Source of the DNA: Vitrella brassicaformis CCMP3155
Taxonomy: Eukaryota > Protista > Chromerida
Length of the DNA stretch: 64,000 nt
Reading direction: 5' to 3'
Assembly: GCA_001179505.1 (NCBI GenBank)
Contig: CDMY01000179.1
Span: 62,001-126,000, forward strand
Shown: piece after piece, positions 1 to 13,145 of the stretch
Layout of the letters: the number at the start of each line of letters is the position of its first letter
How positions within the stretch are numbered: position 1 is the first letter of the stretch
Notes under the pieces: model-generated
Told to the model about the DNA's origin: nothing
Database searches by the model: none
The model's input: the letters and a program-made list of their open reading frames with translations, nothing else
Translations under genes and position numbers: made by a program

Positions 1-1279
1 TGTGTCTGTAAGTCCTTTTCTGCCGTGTACGCTGTGCATGTGATGGGTGGGTGCATGAGTGTACGTTTTGCCCGGTGCTGTGTGCCTGTCCGCACAGCTG
101 TGCCTATCGCAGTGAGTGTACCGTAGTCCCTCCCCTCCCCCCCCTCACCACTTCGCACACACGCATCGCCCTTGGCCTCCCTACTGACTGACTTTTACTT
201 TGAAGTGCCCCCCAATCGCAACATCCACCCACCGGACCGCCCCATCCCAGCCACCGTGACTAGCCAGACCTATTTGTGTATCTGATGCGCGTGCCTGCCT
301 GCCTGCCTAGCGCTGCATCTTTTTTTTTCCCCACTCAGCGTCTTCTTTTCTGCAGCTTGGGCTGGCCTTTGCTTCTGCAGCATTGGTAGACGCCACACAG
401 ACCTGACCACCCAATTTTGCCTCGAGGTAGAGATAGATTTGCTGTATTTTTGCCCACAGATGGGACAGAGAGAGAGAGATGGAGCAGAGGTGTGTGTGTG
501 TTGGGGGGTTGGTTGGCCTTCGGTTTGGAGGCACACCAATGTGTGTGGGCTGACTGGCAGGACAGGACAGAACATAGGACGGACAGGCAGGCAGGCAGCG
601 AGTGCATAAGTGAGAGGCAAATGTGGTGTGGTGAGGTGTAGTGTGGCGTGCCTGCTCGTGGCGTCTGTTATTACTGCTATCATGCACAAGGAGGTTCAAC
701 GAGGGGAGTGACATTGCGTTGCGTCCGGCAGCCGGTCTTTCAATCAACCGCCTGTTTTCTTTGCTGATGGATCAAGCGTCCGTCCAGCCGTCTGTCTCAC
801 CGTGCAATAAGGCACGCACCAGCTCATTTTAAACCAACCGCATGCACACGCCAGCCAGCCATGTCAGTGTGCCAAGTGCTTGTTAGCAGCTCGACTACGC
901 CATGCAACACCCGTTTCGACGCAGTATGATGGTCGAATCGGTGATGCATCCGCTCGCGAGCTGCTCCCACGCACTGTGACACACTCACGCACACCACAGC
1001 ATTCTCTCCCCGTCTGGCCCAATGAAACCATGCCCCTGCCTCCCCACGTCATCGAGTCGGGTATCGTATCGAGAAAGCTGTGTGGAATTCGGTAGCCCCA
1101 CCACCACCATCGATGCTCTTGAAGGCAGGGAGATTGCTGGCAAGAGCGGCGATACTGAGGAAGAAGCAACGGACCCCACACAGCTCGTCACCAGACAAAC
1201 ACAGCAGACCTCTCTTCTCTTGAAAGCAGCAGACCCACAACCAACGCACGCACACTCAGGCACCCACCCCAGCAGTCGG

Positions 1280-3919
1280 TCACCTGCCGGCTCCCTCCTT
1301 GGCCGCCCCAGCACCCCCTTTGTAGCTGTCATCCATCTGTTCACGGGAGCGGCTCCTGTTGAGGGCCTCCCGCGCCTTCTCGCGCAGCTCCCGCAGCCGT
1401 TCCTCGGCCTCCTCGCCCGTCCGGGGGGACACGTCGTTGCTGCTGTGCGACTTCATCTTACGCAACTGCTCCTTCAACTGCTGCAGACGCTCCTGCACGC
1501 CTCACAAAGTCGGAAAAGATTGATTTCTGGGGCGGGGCAGGGCGGTGTGTGGACCCCCTGTGTGTGTGAGACCAGACCTGGTTGGCTGGTGAGGTCTTGC
1601 CGGCCGTGTCGTTGGCATCGTGGTCGCGTCTGAGTGCGCCGGGGGATGCGCTGTCGCCTCTTCCGCCCACCCTGCGGGGCGACGCGTCGTCCACCATCAC
1701 CACGTCACCATCGCCACCACCCTTGCGCGAATCTGCAAGAGCATCCGCAAGGGCATGTGTACCCCTCCGGCTCTTGCTTTCCTGCCTCGGTTACGTTACC
1801 GTCGTCTGGCGAGTCTCTGCAGCGCTTGGGTGATGGCGGCATGGCGTCGTCGTCTTCGGGGACGTCCTCAGAGCTGGGCGACGGCCGCCGGGGGGCTCCC
1901 CTGTCCTTGTCTCTGTCTTTGTCACGGCCCCTGTCCTTGTCCCTGTGGTGCTTCTTGTCCTTCTTGGCCCGCCGCCCTCGGCTGTCGTCCGAACCATCCT
2001 CATCTGACACACACACACAGATGGACAGGCGATGCGCGTGGTAGATATGTGCAGCCAGCGCGTCTGTCTGTCCTTGCCCTGTGGTGTACCGTCCCGTCGG
2101 CGTTTCTTCTTGTCCTTCCTGTCCTTGTCCTTGTGCTTCCGCTTGCGCTTCCTGTCCCGCTCATCGTCACTCTCACTCGCCTCGGGCTCGTGCCTGAGGG
2201 ACACACCACACCACAGCCACATGCAGGCGCCTCATGTGCGGGTGTGGGCCGCTAGGGTGGATGGATGGATTACCTTGCTCGGTCTCTGTCGTTCCTGCCC
2301 CTGTCCCTGGACCGGCTGCGGTCACGGTCGCGGTGCCGCTCCTTCTCGGCGGCGTCCTCCTCCTCACGCCTGCGACTACGGGGCACCGCATCATCGTCAC
2401 GGTCACGGTGGTCATCTTTGTCGCGCCGCCGGTCATCTGACGACACAATGGAAAGAGAAGCATATGAGCAATGGTTGTGTGCTCTGCGTGTGCCGCGTGT
2501 TGGTTACCGAAGTCTCTGTCTCGGTCGTCTCGCTCTCGAGGGCGGTAGCCACGACGGTCGTCAGGCGGCGGGCGGCTGACACACAGACAAAGAAGGGTCA
2601 AATATGAAAGCGAAGGCCATCCATATGTGGAGTGTGTGTGTTGTGCTTTACTCACCGTCGGTCGTCTCGCCTGTCGTAGTCGCCGTAGTCATCTCGGTGC
2701 CTGTCATAGTCGCCATAGTCGTCACGGTGGCGGTCATACCGACCTGCACAACACAACGTAACACATCAGACATGACACAACAGCATGCACGCCAAAATCA
2801 CCCGTGCCCTCTCCCTCTCTCGAGGGCCTCCAATGCACATGTGCTCGCCGAATGTATTGACATACCTCTATCTCTGAGGTCTCGGTCTCTGTCAGGCCGT
2901 CTGTCGCGGTCCGGTCGCCTCTCTCGATCGTCTCGCTCACGTGGGGCATTCTTGCCCCTCTCCCACCACACCTCACGCCGACCACGGTGGTCGTCACGGT
3001 CACGATCTGACACACATAAGACACAGAGAGGCTGTGGTGTGTGCCTATGGTCTTCTTTCTTACCTCTGTCTCGCTCTCTGTTGGTCTCTCTGTCCCTGCG
3101 GCGGTCGTCCTCCTTGCCGTTCCTCTCCCGCCCCTCCCCGTTAGCCTCCCTCCTCTCGTCAGGGCTGCTGCCACCGCCCCTGTCAGCCTTCTTGTCCCAC
3201 CGACTGCTGCGTCGCTTGACGTCATTGTTCTCTGCTGCTACTGCTGGGAGTGACGTCCCACCGAGTCGGATGCGCTGTGGCAGCATCCCGAGGACGCCTG
3301 ACGAGTCGCCGATGCCGCCGAGAGTGCCTGTGCCCTGTGCGGCCTTCTGCCTGGCGAGCTCCTCGTCGAGTCTGGCCTTCTCCTCCCTCTTTTTGTCGAT
3401 CTCCCGCTGCTTCTCCTCCAGCAGCTGCTTGGGGATGAAGGCGGCGGCCTCGTTCTCGTTAGCCGACAGCAGCAGGCCCCAGAGCTCCTCCACGAAGGGC
3501 GCCGCCTTGCGCTCCATGAAGCCGGTGAGGTTGTACTGCAGCTTGCGGGGGTCGACGTCCTCCTCAGACTCGATCTGCTGCTTGAGCTCCTCGACGGCGA
3601 ACGAGGTGGCGACCTCGTCGTCGACGCCCATGAGCTCGGGGATGCGGCGCCTCATCCAGTGGATAATGATGTCCATCTGCACCCGCTTGAAGTCCACCGG
3701 CTTGGAAAACGAGGCGGGGAACTTGGTCTTCTTGAAAAACTGCATGACATACATGACGTGCGACAGACAGACATCAAGGCGGCATCCAGATCAACGTCTT
3801 CATAGGTGTGGTGTGTCTGTGGTGTGTCTGTCTGTCTGTCTGACCTTCTCGTGGTCCTTGTTCTTGAGCCAGGGCGTCTGCTCGGCACTGACGCCGCGGT
3901 AGCCGCCGTCCATTGCCAT
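1280..3919 (-). CDS. SRRM1: PWI-domain SR-related splicing factor (SRm160/SRRM1-like), multi-exon; 3' end approximate
   Basis: Exon 1 MAMDGGYRGVSAEQTPWLKNKDHEK splices (intron 3740-3844) to FFKKTKFPASFSKPVDFKRVQMDIIIHWMRRRIPELMGVDDEV...LQYNLTGFMERKAAPFVEELWGLLLSA, a PWI domain. Several RD/RS/KD-rich low-complexity exons follow. Confidence 0.85.
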
Positions 3920-4205
3920 CACTGCCGAGACTCAGAGGGGAGGGGTGGAGATTCCAGAGATGGACAGCACCGGCACAACCGCAGATGGAGATGAGACGAG
4001 AAGACTGCCGAGATCTGCACGGATCTCAATCAGCGGATGGTTTCTCGAAGATGCCGGATTTCAAAGTTCTTCAAATTCCAGCTCGCACTTCGATCGTTCC
4101 TCAACAGCCTGTTTCAGCGATTGTGATACCTTCCAGAGGGCAGCAGGAACTCCATTCGACATAACCTGATGGTTGGAACTCATCGTTGAGGCGTTGAATC
4201 GCATC

Positions 4206-7200
4206 ATGGCGGCTGTGACGGTGAGGCGATGAATGCCGCCATGACTGATCAATCAAGAGGTCCTCTGTGTTCGGTTTGTCTGACAAACAGGACGTTAGCA
4301 TGAAATGGCCGCAGCAGAGAGGTACACACAACGCGCACGCAACAGACCACAGATGCACAGAGGTGTGCTGTGCTGTCTGTCATGTGTTGCAGCCGTGTTG
4401 GTGGACGGGATGGTCAAGAGAGCATGGCGGCTGGCCTGCCGCGACGCGACCCTCATGCGGGCGGTGCGGCTGCTGGACGTGTGCCGCGCAGACAAACTCA
4501 TCGACACGAACAACGCCGAACAGGCAAAGAGATCTGAATGACAGACAGAGAGCAGCGACTCACGGGATGTGTGTGTCACTTGGCTGGCTACTGACACACA
4601 GGTAGCAAATGCGTGTGTGGCCGCCTGCGTCGAGCGGCTGGAGCCACACCTGCTGATGGACGACATGCCGGATGACCCGACACACACACAGGCACAGGTA
4701 TTGAAACACAGACACAGACACGCACGCACACCTGCGCAGCGCCGACCTGTCTGTCTGTCTGTCTGTCTGTTTGGCTCTGTGTGTGCAGGTGGTGTGCCGT
4801 GCGGCGGCTGATAGTTCTGTGTGCGGTATTGAGTGTCTGGAGAAGCTGTTCACTGCTGCCGGCATGGACACCCACGGCCGCCTGTTCTCATTCGCCAAAT
4901 ACCTCATGGTGAGTCGGGCAGCCAGCCACACACACACACCGCCAGCCATCGAATGGCTTCTCCCTGTCTGTCTGTCTGTCTGTCTGTCTGTGTGTGCAGT
5001 TCTTGTCGATCTGTGACATCGATTTGGCCGGGTGCGATGTCCCCCTGCTGGCCGCCACGGCCGTCTACATCACACGCAAGACCAACCAGAAGCAGATAGC
5101 GGGCGGCATATGGGTGAGCCAAATTTGAAGCGACACGTGTCATGATGTATCTAAGGCCTGTGTGTGTGGGTTCGTGTGTCCGATTGTTCATTGTCAGAGT
5201 GCGGCCCTTGCGAGTCAGAGTTCGTTTAGCGAGTCGGTGTTGGAGTCGAGCATGACGACGTTGAGGATGCAGCGGCTCATGTGGGGCGACACACAGACCA
5301 CCAAAGGGGTGAGCATGTCAGGAGACCAGCAGCACAGCACCGTATTGATGTCATTGTGTGTCGTTTGTGTGTGTGTGCAGATCGTGACCGATGCAGTAGA
5401 TGAGATGTTCGCCTCGCCCGACCGCCACGGCGTCGCATCGACACACAAACACTCGCAGCAAGAGCAGCAGCAGCAGGTGGGTGGGTGGTGAGACATTGCA
5501 TTCCATGTCTTCGTGTGCAGGTATCTGTCTGGTGGCTGTGGCGCCTCTGCTGTCAAGTGTGGTCATGGTGTTGCGGGCGGCCCTCAGCCGACGAGCAGCA
5601 CCCCCTCGCCCACCTCTTCGCAGAGGATCGGTACCGCATCCCGGACATCAGCACCACAGTGGCGCTGAGGGCAGCCTCACGAGACATCAGAGACGCCTTC
5701 TCGTCAGACCAGCTGCGCAGCCGACTGGACCACTCACTGAGCCGTGATGGCGACGGCATCAACACTCAGCAGCTGCAGCTGGTGCGGTTCGACCCATCGC
5801 TGGGGATGGGTGACCTGCTGGCGGCGGTGTGGGTAGCCGAGGAGGGCGGGCGGTGGGATGAGACGGGGGAGGTGCTGCAGCTGGCCAGCCAGTGCGGCGA
5901 CTGCACGCTGCCTCTCAGCCTCACGGCAGACGACATCAACACACACTGGAGCAAGACGGTGGGGCACACACATAGAGGGGGGGCGAAGAGAAGGCAGAGA
6001 GGCCTCATCCTCTCTCTCTCGCTCTGTGTGTGTGTGTGTGTGTCGTGTAGGTGTACATGGCGCTTCCCCGTGTGTTGGCGCAGCTCATGGTGGTCGGCCG
6101 CCATGTGCGGTTCGAGAACGGCAGCCGCCTGCGTCTCTTCCGCCGTGCCAACGGTGAGGTGCGGGGGCCCATCGAGCCCGGCTTCCAGCTGGTCTTCAAC
6201 CCGCCCCTCGCTGCCGGCCATCTGTATCAGCGGAACCGACTAGAGCATGACCCGCCAGTGCGCAGCCGCATCTACTGGGACAAATTCGGCGGCGGATGGG
6301 TGGTGTCGCACGCTATCGACTTTGGGGCCGATCCGTCGGAGTACACCGAAGCGTCGGTGTCGTCGTTCGCTAAGGGCAAGATCTACGACCACTTCTACAA
6401 GACTCACCCGATCAATCGCACATCGATACGATCCAACAGGTCTCACATCAATGGCACCAATGGTTGAGAGGGGTGCGTGTGTGATTGTGTGTGTTTGATT
6501 CAGGCGGGTTGCTGGCGGCCGTCTGGATGGCCTCCTCACCCAGTCGCCCCACACACCGGTGGCCGGATGCACCACCAATTCAGCAACAGTGCTGCGCGGG
6601 TGCGGTTTCTGGTGCTCACCGACAGCAGCCACAAGTTCGTCGCGTGGATTACCATTGAGGTTTTGGGTGGGTGGTCGACAACCGCACATATGGGAGACGA
6701 CAATGGTCAGGCCGACAGACAGGCAGCTCAGGCGGTGGTCAAATGTCATGTGATTTCTGTCTGACTGTCTGCAGTGAGGGTTCGTGTCGACGTTTGGACG
6801 ACCGAGGAGCCTGTGTGTGCGAGCGGTGCCTTCAAAGACCGCTTCCCCGTCACCACTCGGCTGGCCCGTGTGGCGCTGGCTCGAGTGGCGCCATACGTCT
6901 TCGACGGCCAAGTAGACGACGACAGCGACGATGATGACGGTGCGGTCAGAGGGAGGGAGGGATACACATACATGGTGGCCATGGATGTGTGGATGGATGT
7001 ATGGCATTTCTTCTCTGTCTGTGTTTGTGTGTGGTGTAGATTCCGACGGCCATGGCGGTGGCTGGGATGATCTGGATGACGACAGCGACGGAGAGGACAG
7101 CGGAGGTACACATGAGGGAGGGACACACACAGCGGACGACAGATAAACTCACACCGACCCGCGTCACATCCAGGTATGTGTGGGTGTGTGTCTTCTTGAC

Positions 7201-7225
7201 AGCCGAGGAGGAGAGCGACGACTGA
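4206..7225 (+). CDS. Degenerate cyclin (N- and C-terminal cyclin folds) fused to a lineage-specific hypothetical domain with acidic tail; probable frameshift near 6570
   Basis: Spliced sequence QQRAVLVDGMVKRAWRLACRDATLMRAVRLLD resembles the cyclin box MRAILVDWL...TLYLAVNLLD. FAKYLM|FLSICDIDLAGCDVPLLAATAVYITRK...W|SAALASQSSFSESVL resembles the cyclin C-terminal fold. Exons downstream of 5560 are homologous to the gene at 37142-39027. Confidence 0.6.
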
Positions 7226-8826
7226 TCAACCCAACTCAAATACCGGACCACCACACGTACCCACACACACCACAGTGTGTTCGAATCTTCTGTCTGTATG
7301 GGTGTCACGTCACCTGTTTGTGTGTTTGTCTTGGCAGAGTGTTTGCAGTACCGTCTGTGGCTGCTGGATGCCCGAATCGACTGATGGCTGTGTGTGGTAG
7401 AGAGAGATCGTATACCGCCCACTCTGTGGAGAGACCAGCTGCTGATGTCACCCAATGGCTGTGGGTGGGGGACCTGCCTGCGCAGCGTTGCGCAGGCAGG
7501 TCCCCTCTCTCCCTCCCTCTCTGTTGATATGCGCCTGTCTGGGTGGCTGGCTGCCTGGCTGTGGGGGTGGGGCTGGTGTGTTGCCTTCCACTGCTGGCCG
7601 GTTTTGACCTGGTGGTTCGGCCGGTGTGTGTGTGTGTGTGAGTGTGTGGGTGTGTGAGGCCTGTTCGCCTGACTAGCTGCCTGGGTGAGCCACATGGAGT
7701 GAGACCTTCTTACATGGTATTAGTGGCACACATGCCCCTCTCCAGGTTTCTCCCACCACCCGATGGCTAGATGGATGCCTGGATAAATGGTCTGCCTCTT
7801 CCTCTCCTCGTGATACGTAATGCTCTCACTCGTTTCCTTACACCTCTCTGCCGGTCTGTCTGCCTGTCTGGCTCGCTCGTCCCTTTCTGGCTGTCTGTCC
7901 ACTCCGCCCCTCCCTCCCCTCCGATTGCCCCCACTCATGTGCATTGGCCGACCAGACCGGTGAGGTGTGTGGGTCGGAGAGAGAGGACGGAGGACAGACA
8001 GCACCAGAGGGAGATGGGCGGACAGAAGGCAAGGCAAGGCACACACACGGTGGCCTGATTGAAGTGTGAGGGCTGTAGCTGCCGATGCCCTCGGCGAGCC
8101 CAAACACAGACAGACAGACAGGCCGATCTAAATTTGTGTTTCCATCCATTTATCCATCCATCCATCCATCCATCTGCGACGCATTGTTCGCTCCATGCCC
8201 ACACACATCACAAATACGTACGTGGCCACACATGGCAGTGTGTGTCTCTCTCGCACTCGCGGTCCATCCACTCACACCGTCACACCTAACAGACGTGCAG
8301 GCTGCTCGGATGCATGCGGTGCCAATGCGGTGTCTCCCCCCCTCCTCCGTGCTGGTTGGTTGGTTGGTTAGTGTGTTTGGTTGGTTAGTGTGTTTAACGA
8401 GACTCGTGTCTGTAACCCCGGAGGGATCCTGTTGTCTCACGCACTAAACTAGCAGCATGTACATGCAAAGCATGCATACGGCCTGTCTACCCCTCCCTGC
8501 ACTGGCACCGGCGGACAAACAGATGGCAGCAGAGAGCACTGGCTGCCTTGTAGAACGTTGACAAACACCGATTCCGGCTACATACACAAGAACGGGCGCT
8601 GTCGCCCAGCAAGAGCCATGGCAAGCGTACAGAAGCCAGAAGGGGGAAGTGGAAAAATGAACGCCCTCTGAGCCACCAAAGCAATACACCACCATATACA
8701 CACATGCTCCCCTCGATCCTTTCCCCGTCTGCGAGCTCAAATCCGTCGCGAAACGTAACCCACCCTAAACAGCACACCTTTCTCTGGCGAGCGGCGTGAT
8801 TCGCCGCGTGTGCCTCGCGTAGTAGA

Positions 8827-11726
8827 ATGGCAGTGAGATACCGCTTTGCGCACGCTCAAGCGGACCACATCGGCCGCATTCCGTTTGAGGGTGCTCACAT
8901 CTTCGTTCACGAGCTCAAGTACGCCATAGCCGAGAAGGAGAAGATTCCCGTGCACGAGATAGAGCTGAGGGATGGAGAGGGCGGCAAGGAGCTGACGGGT
9001 GGCGACAAGGTGCCCAACAACTCCACCGTGGTCATCAAGAGGGTGCCTTCGAGGAAGAGGGAGACACTCCACGTCAAGGCCGAGAAGTTTCTGGTGAGAG
9101 GGGAGGCGGGAGAGAAGCCAGGGAGCGAGACACACGTCAGGCAGGGGGCATTCCAGTCAGCGACAGAACAAAGCACAGACTGGTGTGGTGTGCGTGACGT
9201 CATTCGTGTCTCGTGCAGGTTGAGGATGTGCCTGAGAAGGAGGAGGCAGTGGAGCCTCAGGAGGAGGAGAAGCGACCCCTCCCGGCCGAGTACCTCTGCC
9301 CACTCTGCCACAACCCGTACCGGGATGCCGTCCAGGTCAAGTGTGAGCAGTTCGCACAGTGTGGAGGCAAGTCCGCCTGCCGCAAATGTAAGCGTATGGC
9401 AACGACTGAATGACACGATACCGTCAGGGGAAGGAAGGACAGCAGGGTGACCTGATGGTGGCTGTGTCGTGTGCCGTTGTCGCTCAGGTGTTGACGAGTA
9501 CGTCAAGAAGCATCGCAGCTGCCCCTTCTGCAGCTCAGGATTCCGCGGCGCCATCCCCAACAAGGCACTCCGCGACGCCATGAACAAACTCGACCTGAGC
9601 AAGTTCATCCTCCCCACGCCAGACAGGCTCTCGCCGCACGACCCATCCAAGGCTCGCGGCGCATCTTCTGGGCCGCAGGGCAACCACGCACTCCCCACAC
9701 AGCATTTCCCCGCCCATCAGCATGACGTGATGCGTCCATCGCCGGCCGGCAGCACGCCGCACAATGGTGTGTTCGGCCACCAGCGCGGCCCGTCGCCGTT
9801 CATCCCTCCCCCTCCGTCGCATCCCCCGCCCCCCTCCTCCCCTGCCCCCTCTCCCTATGGCGGTGTCGTCTTGGTGGCGGCCATGGACAACCTCAAGATG
9901 GCGCAGCAGATCGACCAGTGGGTCATCGACAGCTCCCAGGCCAGCACCATCCTGGACCTCTTCAAGGGCAAGGGTGGTGCCGGTCGGCTGTTTCTCGCTC
10001 TCGGCCTGTCTGTGAGCAAGGAGGGCAAGCCATCGCCCTACCTGCTGGCCGCCGGCTACGGCACTCTACGCGAGCAGTCAGACCCCTCCCGCGACAGCCA
10101 GCCGCTCATCGAGACGTGGTGCCAGAACGACGGGGACACCACTGGAGATAGCAGTGGTAGGGGGGGCAAGACGGTGGTGGTGCTGGACTGGACACTCAAG
10201 TACGAGTTTGGCGTGCAGATCCCCACCAGTGCGCCCTGTCTAGGCGTGGTGATGCACTCGCAGCTGGCGACGGCCGAGGGGTTGAAGAAGGGTGGTGGAG
10301 AGGTGCTGGCTGACGCGCGGCAGGTCGACAAGATGGCGAGCTACATGAGGAACACGGGCAAGGGGCTGGCCAGGACAGAGAAGCCCGGAGCGGGGGCGGG
10401 GGGAGGGGGAGGGCCATTGCACCCGCCACAAGCACCTGGCGCCTTCATGCATGTGAGAGAGAGGGCGGCACTGCACTGAACCACAAGATTGAAACAAACG
10501 GACATCAGATCAGCTGTCATTCATGTCGACTGTCATCCCGTTTGTGCAGAGTGGTCCTGTTGGTTCGAATGGGTATCGTCCGCCTCCCTATGGCGGCTAT
10601 CACGGTCGCTATCCCCCTCCGCCCCCGCCCCCACCACTCCCGCCACCGCCTCCCCCTCCACCAGACGCAATGCCACAGCAGCCGGCCGCCGCCTACGGCT
10701 ACTCCGGACCGCCCCCGGTGTCCGATGAGCAGCTCAAGGCACTCAAGAAGCAGTATAAGAGGTGAGAACTGAATGACGGGCGAGGGAGAAACACGGCTTC
10801 GTGCATGTATGGTGTTGCGTGTAGGTACTGGCGTGAGATGGCCCGTCGTCAGCGTGCTGAGGATTCTAGTGACAGCTCCAGCTCCAGCGGCGACAGCCAT
10901 GACGAAAAGTGAGCACCAACATGCCCACACATCATCACACCAGAGCCACTCGGCTCACCTGCATCTCTGTGTGCAGGAAGAAGTCCAAGCGTCGCAAGAA
11001 GCGCAAGAAGAGCAGCAAGAAGGGCGACGACGCCCAGCAGCAGGAGGGCGAGGCCGCTTCCCAGGACCCGAAACCCGAGACCAAGGAGACCACTCCCAAC
11101 GGCGTGGCGGTCAAGTCAGAGGAGCGCACGGACGTGGCCATCAAGCAAGAGTACGGTGCTGCTGTAGCTGACCCTGGCCGTCCTGTGTCAGGGTCCAACC
11201 CCCGCAGCCAGTACCCGAGCAATGGGGGCGGCGATGGGGGCTATGGGTATCCCCCGTCTCGGGGTGGATGGGGAGACTCTGGAGGCCATCCGGACAGGTG
11301 GGCAACAGACACGAAACAGGGAGAGGAGAGACAGACAGACAGACGGTGGATGGATGGATGGATGGGTTACCCGCAGGTGGTATGGCCACTACCCGGATCA
11401 GCGAGGTGGCGGGCCGCACTATGGGGGCCCTGACAGGCACGAGTGGTACGTGAAAGCGACCCACTTCACTCCCCACCCTTTACCTCATGTTCATGCTCTT
11501 CTCTTTGGTCGTTTCAATCAGGTCATCGTACGACAATTACGGGTATGGCGGCGGCCCTGCCCCGCCCCCATCGCACCACCATCCCCACCACGGCTATCCT
11601 CAGCACTACGGTGGCCGTGGCCATGGTCGGGGTGGGGGCGGCGGCCACTCGCGTTATCCCCATTACGGCGGCAGTCATCACGAGAGCTACCGAGCGGCGC
11701 CTTACCACACAGGTGTGTTAGTGTAG
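8827..11726 (+). CDS. RBBP6: RBBP6/Mpe1-like cleavage-polyadenylation factor: DWNN ubiquitin-like domain, RING, YTH-like domain, Pro/Tyr/Gly/His-rich tail
   Basis: MAVRYRF...HELKYAIAEKEK...VPNNSTVVIKRVP is a DWNN domain. LCPLCHNPYRDAVQVKC...ACRKC|VDEYVKKHRSCPFC is a RING. GT-AG introns join these exons in frame. Confidence 0.85.
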
Positions 11727-12959
11727 GCTAGACAGGACGTCGTGTGCGTGTCTGTGGATGTGGATGAGTGATAGTAGCGTAGCAGTGCATGTGGTGTGAT
11801 GTGTGATGTGCTATTATGGTGTCGCGGGACCGCTGTCTCGCAAGTGACGCCTGGTCTGGAGGACATCCATGTGTTAGTAGTGAGTGTGGTGCGCATTTCG
11901 TGACTGTGCGAAAGACTGTCATTCCTCTGCGCGGCGACTGAATCGAAAAGAAGGAAACGAACAAGTGCCCAGCCAGCCCACAAGACTGGATGGACGGGAC
12001 GTTGCACTGCACGCTCTATGCTGTCTGGACCTCTCTGTAGACGGATGTCTGTGTGGTCACCCTCTCCCCCTGCCGTGATGGATGGGCCAATTTGAGCATT
12101 CATCATGTGCACAGTCATATATCCTTTTTGCGCACATCCGATCCGCACCATGCCATGCGAGAGACAGACAGACAGGGACACAATCAGTACAGTGGGCTGG
12201 TTGGCATTTGATATATGGGAAGGCAGGCAGGCAGGCAGGCAGGCATGATCAGAGAGGAACACGCCATCGGCGATTTTCTACTGACGTCTCGCGGATGGAT
12301 GGATGGATGGCAAAGAACTCTGAGACATTCATTGATCTGTGGACATTTTGACGTTCTGATGTGATGTGCGCTTCGTTGGTGCTGCCTGACTCTCGTCACG
12401 TCCGAACTCGCGAGCACTCGCACACAGATGCTTCGCGCACCCAGGCTACGCACTCACAGACATCCATACGTAGGGTGCACAGACAGCACACACAGCACAC
12501 GGCTGACAAATTCACACCGAGGGCTGGCATGGCATGGCTGTCCTTCCTTACCTTACCCGTGATATCTATCTATCGTTTTGTGTGCTTTGCGCGTGATTGT
12601 CGCCTGCTTGCTTGCCTGGATGGATGGATGGACGTGTCGTGCCCATTTCAACCGTACATGCAGTGCATACGATGCGGACCGCATTAATTGGCCCTCATTG
12701 TGTTGTGTGTCGTCTGTGTGTGCTGTGGCTGCATGCATGCAGGCCACTACTATGCTGCCAGGTGACGGCGGCGATACCAGACCGCTGAGCAACCGACCTA
12801 GACAAGTAAGCAAAACTTTCCGATGTACCCGGCACACAAGCTCACGCCGAACGAAAGCAGCTGAGACACAAACAGACTCGGCCCATGTTTGTCTATTATC
12901 ATCGTGTCACTAGTGCATGTGTGTGTGCAGCTAGCCTAGCTGGATTGGTGTCGGTGATA

Positions 12960-13145
12960 TTTGATGCTGACAAGGCTGGTGGAGGGGTGCTGGCATGGCG
13001 GGACGGTAGACGGCCTTCTGGTGGTGGTGCAGCTGCAGCTGATCTGCGAGGGAGACGCAGAGCGGGCGGGCGATGCCCGATCGTCCCTCTGCCGTGTGCG
13101 ATCAGTCGGTGGATTGAGCCGACTGACCGAATTGCGTGTGCACAT
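12960..13145 (+). pseudogene. Possible decayed fragment of a lineage-specific family (similar to the C-terminal part of the 35596-36946 gene)
   Basis: An isolated GC-rich coding-like patch, VDGLLVVVQLQLICEGDAERAGDARSSLCRVRSVGGLSRL, loosely resembles VEDPGEHVHAGLSSLIGRIRGLRKL. No start or complete gene structure is visible. Confidence 0.2.

Noticed and set aside
864-1255. Possible extra 3' exon of the PWI gene or a separate small gene
   Set aside because: All frames lack motifs and could be UTR. The preceding exon already reaches a TGA at 1280, and its overlap with a possible GT donor cannot be resolved without transcripts.
12731-12740. TGCATGCA-type motifs (ApiAP2-like site) scattered through the window
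   Set aside because: They occur in introns and repeat-rich intergenic DNA (for example near 12731, 18436 and 26470) without promoter enrichment visible by eye.
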